Shown here: positions 58,041 through 64,000 of the stretch, piece after piece
How positions within the stretch are numbered: position 1 is the stretch's first letter
Layout of the letters: every line of letters begins with the position of its first letter
Notes under the pieces: generated by a model
The model's database searches: none
What the model saw: only the letters and a program-made list of their open reading frames with translations
Told to the model about the DNA's origin: nothing
Program-made: the position numbers and the translations under genes
Assembly: GCA_964480515.1 (NCBI GenBank)
Contig: CAYZOT010000004.1
Coordinates: 77,020 to 141,019 of the forward strand
Reading direction: 5' to 3'
Source: an uncultured Gemmatimonadota bacterium
GTDB taxonomy: Bacteria > Gemmatimonadota > Gemmatimonadetes > Palauibacterales > Palauibacteraceae
Length of the DNA: 64,000 nucleotides

Positions 58041-58538
58041 ATGTTGAATGCGATCCGCGTTTTGCGAGCGGTTTTTTTATTGACTCTCGTGGTCCTACCA
58101 GAAGCCAAAGGGCAAGAGGCTAACGAGGAGCAACAGGTGTCCGAGGTGCTCGATGCGCTCCATGCAGCTGCCTCGGAGGCTAACTTCGATCGGTATTTTG
58201 AACTGTACGCGCGAAAAGCGATTTTTCTTGGAACCGATGCGACAGAACGGTGGACGCGTGCTGAGTTCATGGGATACACCAAAACACGCTTTGATACAGG
58301 GACCGGCTGGACATACGAGGTGCTTGAACGTCACGTGTACATTGCTTCAGGCGCTAAGACCGCTTGGTTCGACGAACGACTAGAGAACGAAGGACTAGGT
58401 GAAACTCGGGGAAGTGGTGTATTGCTGAAAGAGAACGGCAAATGGAAGGTGGCTCAGTATAATTTGACCATCCCCATCCCTAATGAACTGAGCCGTGACG
58501 TTGTGCGACAGATCCGCGCGCTGGTGGATGGCGTCTAA
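58041..58538 (+). CDS. secreted SnoaL/NTF2-like fold protein
   Basis: Signal peptide then ~140-aa alpha+beta domain (FDRYFELYARKAIFLG...); family call is tentative. Confidence 0.45.
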   Translation: MLNAIRVLRAVFLLTLVVLPEAKGQEANEEQQVSEVLDALHAAASEANFDRYFELYARKAIFLGTDATERWTRAEFMGYTKTRFDTGTGWTYEVLERHVYIASGAKTAWFDERLENEGLGETRGSGVLLKENGKWKVAQYNLTIPIPNELSRDVVRQIRALVDGV

Positions 58539-58563
58539 TTTGATTGAGAGAGTGAGGCATAGT

Positions 58564-59100
58564 ATGCGAAGAGCACACCTGATAAGTGGATTCGCTTTGG
58601 TTGGAATTCTGACCACTTCGCCAGTTCTTGGGCAGAACTCTCCAACCGATTACCGAGATGCATTTCTGGGTCACTTCGAACAGTCGAGCCACAAAATCAC
58701 TGAACTGGCTAGGGTCATGCCCGAGGAAAAATACACGTGGGCGCCAGGGGAAGGTCTAATGACTGTAGCACAAGTATACGCCCACTTGGCGCGCTACAAC
58801 TTCATGTATCTCGATCAGAATTTGGGAATTTCCCCCCCAGGGGGATTGGAATACATGGGACTGGAAGAAATGACGGACAAGGATGAAGTACGGGAGGTCT
58901 TCGAACTCTCCGTTAGTCATGTCAAAGCGAAAGTGGCCGCGATGACGGAGGTGGCCCTGTCGGACAAAACTAATCTTTATGGTCAGCAGGTATCGGGTTG
59001 GACGGTTCTCCTGCAACTCATATCACATATGAATGAGCATGTTGGCCAATCTGTGGCGTATGCTCGGATGAATGGCATAGTCCCACCGTGGTCGCGTTAA
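58564..59100 (+). CDS. DinB/YfiT-like metal-dependent protein (DinB_2 superfamily)
   Basis: Signal peptide; conserved His pattern (H..E...H.....H) in a four-helix-bundle-sized protein. Confidence 0.5.
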   Translation: MRRAHLISGFALVGILTTSPVLGQNSPTDYRDAFLGHFEQSSHKITELARVMPEEKYTWAPGEGLMTVAQVYAHLARYNFMYLDQNLGISPPGGLEYMGLEEMTDKDEVREVFELSVSHVKAKVAAMTEVALSDKTNLYGQQVSGWTVLLQLISHMNEHVGQSVAYARMNGIVPPWSR

Positions 59101-59140
59101 GGCGGTCTTATGTGGTCCTGGTGTAGGGGGGACGCGCCCC

Positions 59141-60040
<900 letters not shown>

Positions 60041-60066
60041 TCACTGTTTTTGGTGTGTAGCGTCTT

Positions 60067-61167
60067 TTACGGAAAGCGAGAGGTGTCGAGACCTGGGATG
60101 ATCCGCAGCGCATTCTTGTAGTAAACTTTGCGAAGTACTTCATCAGGGAGACCAAGACCATACATTCGCCAGAATGCATGGTACTTCCGGTAATAGGGAA
60201 AATATTCATCGGTGGACTCTAAGACTCTAAAGTAGGTTGGATACTCCTCTGGAGCCCACGAGTCCTTGCCCATGAGGATTCGGTCTTGGTACTTGATAAA
60301 AAACTCACGAGCGAAGCGTGGTTGGCGGCCCGGTTCATAGATTACCGCTCCAAGTCCCACGTTCATGTTTGGGATTTCGTCAAGTGTCCGAGCCAATCTT
60401 TCGAGATCATTGCCCATCCATGCCAAGTGTGCCGCGATAAAAGTCGTTTCGGGATGCTTTCGAAACATGTTTAGTTGCTCGGATATCACTTGTTCCCAGG
60501 TCGGGGGTGCCTTCTGCTTTCGTTGCGGACGGAGCTTGAGCTCAAGCCACCGCTCGTTGTTCACATCCATATCCGCCCAAAACTCCTTGGGATCTGCAGA
60601 ATGAATTAGGACTGGAATCCCCAGCTGCCCCGCTTTTGTCCAGATTGGGTCAAGCCGTGGATCGTCAACTTGGATTCGTTTGCCTGAGGCACCAGCGGTC
60701 CATAGCCCTAGGCTCTTGAAGATTTTGATACCCTTGGCGCCTGCCTCCACATCCCGTTCAATTTGTGCCGCAGCAATTCCTCCGAAATTCGAGTCATCGA
60801 TCTGTGAGAAGTCGATATTGGTGAAAACCGCGAAGCGGCCTGGATAAGCTTCCTCAAATGTGCGTACTTGGTTGGCCAATCGGTCTCCACTTCCCCCGCT
60901 GAGATTGACTCCGACGGTGAGATTTAGCTGGTCCATGTCCACGATGAGCTGGTCTAGCTGGGACCGTGGCATAAGTGCATTCAAGTGGAGGTGAACATCG
61001 ATGAAAGGGAAACGGGCCCTGCCTACAGGGTTCTCAGGAACGACTAACGTCGATCGGGGCTCATAAGCCTCGATCGACATCGGTGGAACCTCCTCCCGCT
61101 GAGCTTCCAGCGGAAGTGTGCAGATCGTACCCAGCACAATCGGCGTTACCAAACCCCATTGTCTCAT
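60067..61167 (-). CDS. secreted amidohydrolase-2 (TIM-barrel metal-dependent hydrolase) family protein
   Basis: Signal peptide; FIDVHLH metal motif, further His/Asp ligands. Confidence 0.6.
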   Translation of the reverse strand: MRQWGLVTPIVLGTICTLPLEAQREEVPPMSIEAYEPRSTLVVPENPVGRARFPFIDVHLHLNALMPRSQLDQLIVDMDQLNLTVGVNLSGGSGDRLANQVRTFEEAYPGRFAVFTNIDFSQIDDSNFGGIAAAQIERDVEAGAKGIKIFKSLGLWTAGASGKRIQVDDPRLDPIWTKAGQLGIPVLIHSADPKEFWADMDVNNERWLELKLRPQRKQKAPPTWEQVISEQLNMFRKHPETTFIAAHLAWMGNDLERLARTLDEIPNMNVGLGAVIYEPGRQPRFAREFFIKYQDRILMGKDSWAPEEYPTYFRVLESTDEYFPYYRKYHAFWRMYGLGLPDEVLRKVYYKNALRIIPGLDTSRFP

Positions 61168-61210
61168 TGTGAGTTCATCATTCTGTTCTCGTATGAGTTG
61201 AGCCGGTTAG

Positions 61211-61861
61211 CTAGCCAGCAAGTAGGTCGGTGATGGAGTCGAGCATAACGTGCGGCCGTTCGACGGCGAGTTCGCCTTCTGAAAACGGCCCCCACAGTGC
61301 TGCCATTGTTGTGACGCCAGCTTTTCTACCAGATCGTATATCCCATATAGAGTCCCCAACGTAAGCGGCTTCCGTTGAGGGCACTTGCAAACGCTCAAGT
61401 GCTAGCCTGACAGGGGCCGGATCAGGCTTGTGCGGGATTGGTTCATCCGAAGTTATAATCACGTCAAACCACCCCTCTTTAAGGTTGCAAGCTGCCAGAC
61501 TGCAGATCGTTCCTTGCATCGCCTTACTTGTGACAATTCCGAGCCTGACTCCACTCGCCCTAAGTGAGACCAGTGTGTCCACCACATCTGGAAATGACCG
61601 AATCAGACGCTCGTGTTCCCGGAGGTTGTGTTCGACATATGTGTTAATCATGGCCTGTACATCTTCAGCCGTGTCTGCGAATAGGCCAAACTGTGCCCTA
61701 AGCGGTTGGCCGAACATCGTAAGCCAAACATCGTCAGGTGGCACTTCGTTGAGGTGCGTCCGCATGGTATGACGCCATGACTCTAGTATCAGGTCTGCGG
61801 AGTCAACCAGCGTGCCATCGAGATCGAAGAGGATCGTCCGGAGATTCTTGAATTTCACCAT
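61211..61861 (-). CDS. HAD-superfamily hydrolase (phosphoglycolate-phosphatase-like)
   Basis: Motif I LFDLDGTLVDS; motifs II/III (T, K, GDSIWD). Confidence 0.75.
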   Translation of the reverse strand: MVKFKNLRTILFDLDGTLVDSADLILESWRHTMRTHLNEVPPDDVWLTMFGQPLRAQFGLFADTAEDVQAMINTYVEHNLREHERLIRSFPDVVDTLVSLRASGVRLGIVTSKAMQGTICSLAACNLKEGWFDVIITSDEPIPHKPDPAPVRLALERLQVPSTEAAYVGDSIWDIRSGRKAGVTTMAALWGPFSEGELAVERPHVMLDSITDLLAG

Positions 61862-61943
61862 GGCGGCAAAGTTTGGTCCTTCAAGTCCTCGCGCCCTCGA
61901 TTACGACGTTCGGATTTAAATGTTTTGTCCACGAGTTTGAGTA

Positions 61944-62552
61944 TCAGCTGGTTACATCCGCGTAGCGCTCGGCTACGACACCCCAGTCAACCACATTCCA
62001 CCATGCGACCAAGTAGTCCGGTCGAAGGTTTTGATAGTTCAAGTAATAGGCGTGTTCCCAGACATCGACACCGAGAATTGGAATATCACCGCTCATATAG
62101 GGACTGTCTTGGTTCGCTGTAGAGTATACCGTCAGCCTGCCGCCACTCACTGTTAGCCAGGCCCACCCACTGCCAAACCGGGTAGCGCCGGCCTGTTGGA
62201 ATTCGCCTTTAAAATCAGCAAATGAACCAAATGTTGAGTCGATTTCCGCAGCGAGATCTCCAGAAGGTGCCCCTCCCCCGCTGGGTGACATCGACGTCCA
62301 AAACATTGAATGATTGGCGTGCCCACCTCCGTGGTTTTGGACGGCCCCACGGATCCCATCGGGAATATCGTTAATGCCGCGGAGCAGGTCCTCAACAGAC
62401 AGGGCAGCGAGATCATCGTGCCCTTCGAGCGCACCGTTTAGCATGTTGATATACGCCTGATGATGTTTGCCATGGTGGATCTCCATCGTGCGAGCGTCGA
62501 TGGTTGGCTCAAGCGCATCAAAGGCGTAAGGAAGATCGGGTAATGAATGCAT
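61944..62552 (-). CDS. Fe/Mn superoxide dismutase
   Basis: [17 protein letters not shown] signature motifs; 202 aa. Confidence 0.9.
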   Translation of the reverse strand: MHSLPDLPYAFDALEPTIDARTMEIHHGKHHQAYINMLNGALEGHDDLAALSVEDLLRGINDIPDGIRGAVQNHGGGHANHSMFWTSMSPSGGGAPSGDLAAEIDSTFGSFADFKGEFQQAGATRFGSGWAWLTVSGGRLTVYSTANQDSPYMSGDIPILGVDVWEHAYYLNYQNLRPDYLVAWWNVVDWGVVAERYADVTS

Positions 62553-62723
62553 TCTGCCTCCTCGATTCGGCAGCCCCTAGTTAGAAGAAGCTGCGAACAG
62601 TCCGTGATATTCAGTTATATGGCCAAGTTATCTGCAGACCTAGGATGGGGACCAGCCGTCACAAATGGAAATAAGCAAATCGGCATGTTGGGGGGGGATA
62701 TGCTACTGACGCTTGTTGTGGGT

Positions 62724-63710
62724 TCAGGCCACAGCGATTTCGGCAAGCGCCCTGCGTAACAGTACGGGTAACATGGCGCGTCGCCACTCCTTGTCGACGG
62801 TGATATTGTCGAGCGGGTGACACTGCCGGAAGACCTGCTCCGCCAAGGTGTCGATGGTATGGGTGCTGAGTTTACTGCCGACAGCGGCTTCGGTAAGCTT
62901 GCCTATCTCGCGAGGGTAAGCGCCCATCGCGGAAGCTACGATCCGCATATTTGATATGCACCCGTTCTCGTCATGCTCTACGCGCACAGCCAAGTTCGCC
63001 AGGGGGAAATCGATCGCGTTACGTGACCGGAGCTTCTGGAAGGCTACGTACGTCCCATGCGTAGGTTTGGGTATGCGGATTGCTATAATCAGGTCGCCCG
63101 GTTCGATCGCCCGGTTCCAAATTCCGTCCGATGTGAAGAATTGTTTGATGGAGATCTCACGTTGGCCGCCGGCTCCCATGACTTCGAGTACTGCGTCCAA
63201 TACACTTAAGACCGGCGGGGTGTCTGCCGAATGTGCGGCGACACATCGTGTGCCCCCCTTCACGACATGACAGGCGTCACCATCTTTCTTGAGACAGTAG
63301 CCCAGTGCTTCTCGCCAAAACCGCGTCTGGTTGTAATAGGTGCAGCGTGTGTCCAGGCAAATGTTCCCTCCGATTGTACCGACACGACGGAGTTGTGGTC
63401 CTGAAATCAACGCTGCAGCCTGAGCGAGGCTGGGTAGTGTGGTTCGTATCTTCGGGTTGCTTGCGACTGAGGCTAACGACTCGCAGGCGCCAATTCGGAT
63501 GTGATCAGAGCTTGCCGATATCCCCCGCATTTCACCGATCGCACCCAGTCCGACGAGGTGCCCTGGGGTAAAAAGGCCATGTTTCATATTGGGCACTAGG
63601 TCAGTACCACCTGCGATAGGCATCGCGTCCTGTCCGAATTTAGAAAGGAGTGCGAGCGCATCATTCAGGCTTGTTGGCCTGTGATATTCGTAGGGGTGAA
63701 GCCTAAGCAT
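62724..63710 (-). CDS. FAD-binding subunit of a molybdopterin (xanthine dehydrogenase/CO dehydrogenase-family) hydroxylase
   Basis: N-terminal FAD-binding PCMH domain pattern (PIAGGTDLVP); ~328 aa CoxM/XdhB-like size. Confidence 0.6.
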   Translation of the reverse strand: MLRLHPYEYHRPTSLNDALALLSKFGQDAMPIAGGTDLVPNMKHGLFTPGHLVGLGAIGEMRGISASSDHIRIGACESLASVASNPKIRTTLPSLAQAAALISGPQLRRVGTIGGNICLDTRCTYYNQTRFWREALGYCLKKDGDACHVVKGGTRCVAAHSADTPPVLSVLDAVLEVMGAGGQREISIKQFFTSDGIWNRAIEPGDLIIAIRIPKPTHGTYVAFQKLRSRNAIDFPLANLAVRVEHDENGCISNMRIVASAMGAYPREIGKLTEAAVGSKLSTHTIDTLAEQVFRQCHPLDNITVDKEWRRAMLPVLLRRALAEIAVA

Positions 63711-63838
63711 GTCTTAGAAGGTATCCTATGAGCCAGTCGAGCCCAACGGATAAAAGTCTCTGGGGGCCGATATTGGCTAGAGATTCCGATGCCAAGATTA
63801 ACCTCAAGATTCTGGATGGAGTGTCTTGATGCGAAAAG

Positions 63839-64000
63839 TAGCGGTCTTGATTTTCGTGCTGATTATCAGCGGGTGCATGGAAAACAAGCCTTTGGTCGTA
63901 AGCGGAGCGACTCTGATCGATGGGACAGGGGGTTCAATCAATGACTCCCGTGTGATTGTGGTTGAGCAGCATATCACGTGTGTGGGCTCCGCTGCAGAGT
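63839..64000 (+). CDS. N-terminus of a secreted amidohydrolase-family protein (runs off window end)
   Basis: MRKVAVLIFVLIISGC lipoprotein signal then ...VVSGATLIDGTGG..., a typical amidohydrolase N-terminal beta-sandwich. Confidence 0.4.

Noticed and set aside
56612-58282. 556-aa version of the amidohydrolase ORF with a 135-aa N-terminal extension
   Set aside because: The extension is low-complexity (Ser/Arg/Lys-rich) with no SD. A lipoprotein-type signal peptide begins at the internal Met (57877), giving a normal ~420-aa amidohydrolase.

Overview
High-GC (~58-60%) bacterial chromosomal segment with no transposases, integrases or CRISPR arrays. Dense housekeeping and catabolic content: NAD-type formate dehydrogenase (fdsB-fdhA plus fdhD), isocitrate dehydrogenase, a complete suf Fe-S operon with an embedded Rieske gene, rsgA, Fe/Mn SOD, many secreted hydrolases (S9, M20, M28, serine hydrolases, amidohydrolases), NSS/SSS transporters, and a hydantoinase/oxoprolinase operon. 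Three things stand out. (1) Two selenocysteine recoding events that the ORF track splits or misses: fdhA is one continuous gene with an in-frame TGA in the canonical C-S-R-x-U-H context followed by a SECIS-like hairpin, and an OsmC/Ohr-family peroxidase has TGA exactly at the peroxidatic Cys position, again followed by a hairpin. (2) A tight four-gene candidate bacterial sphingolipid (ceramide) locus: serine-palmitoyltransferase-like alpha-oxoamine synthase, GNAT-like N-acyltransferase, NAD-dependent epimerase/dehydratase-type reductase and a PAP2 membrane enzyme, directly followed by an ECF sigma/anti-sigma pair. (3) Smaller oddities: a ~220 bp AT-rich island, palindromic operator-like sites, acidic insertions in an S9 peptidase, and a bacillithiol-type redox signature (YpdA-like plus DinB/YfiT-like). 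No selA/selB/selD/tRNA-Sec genes are visible in this window. Taxon is not resolvable; the content is compatible with a Bacteroidota/Rhodothermota-like or Gemmatimonadota-like marine/halotolerant organism.
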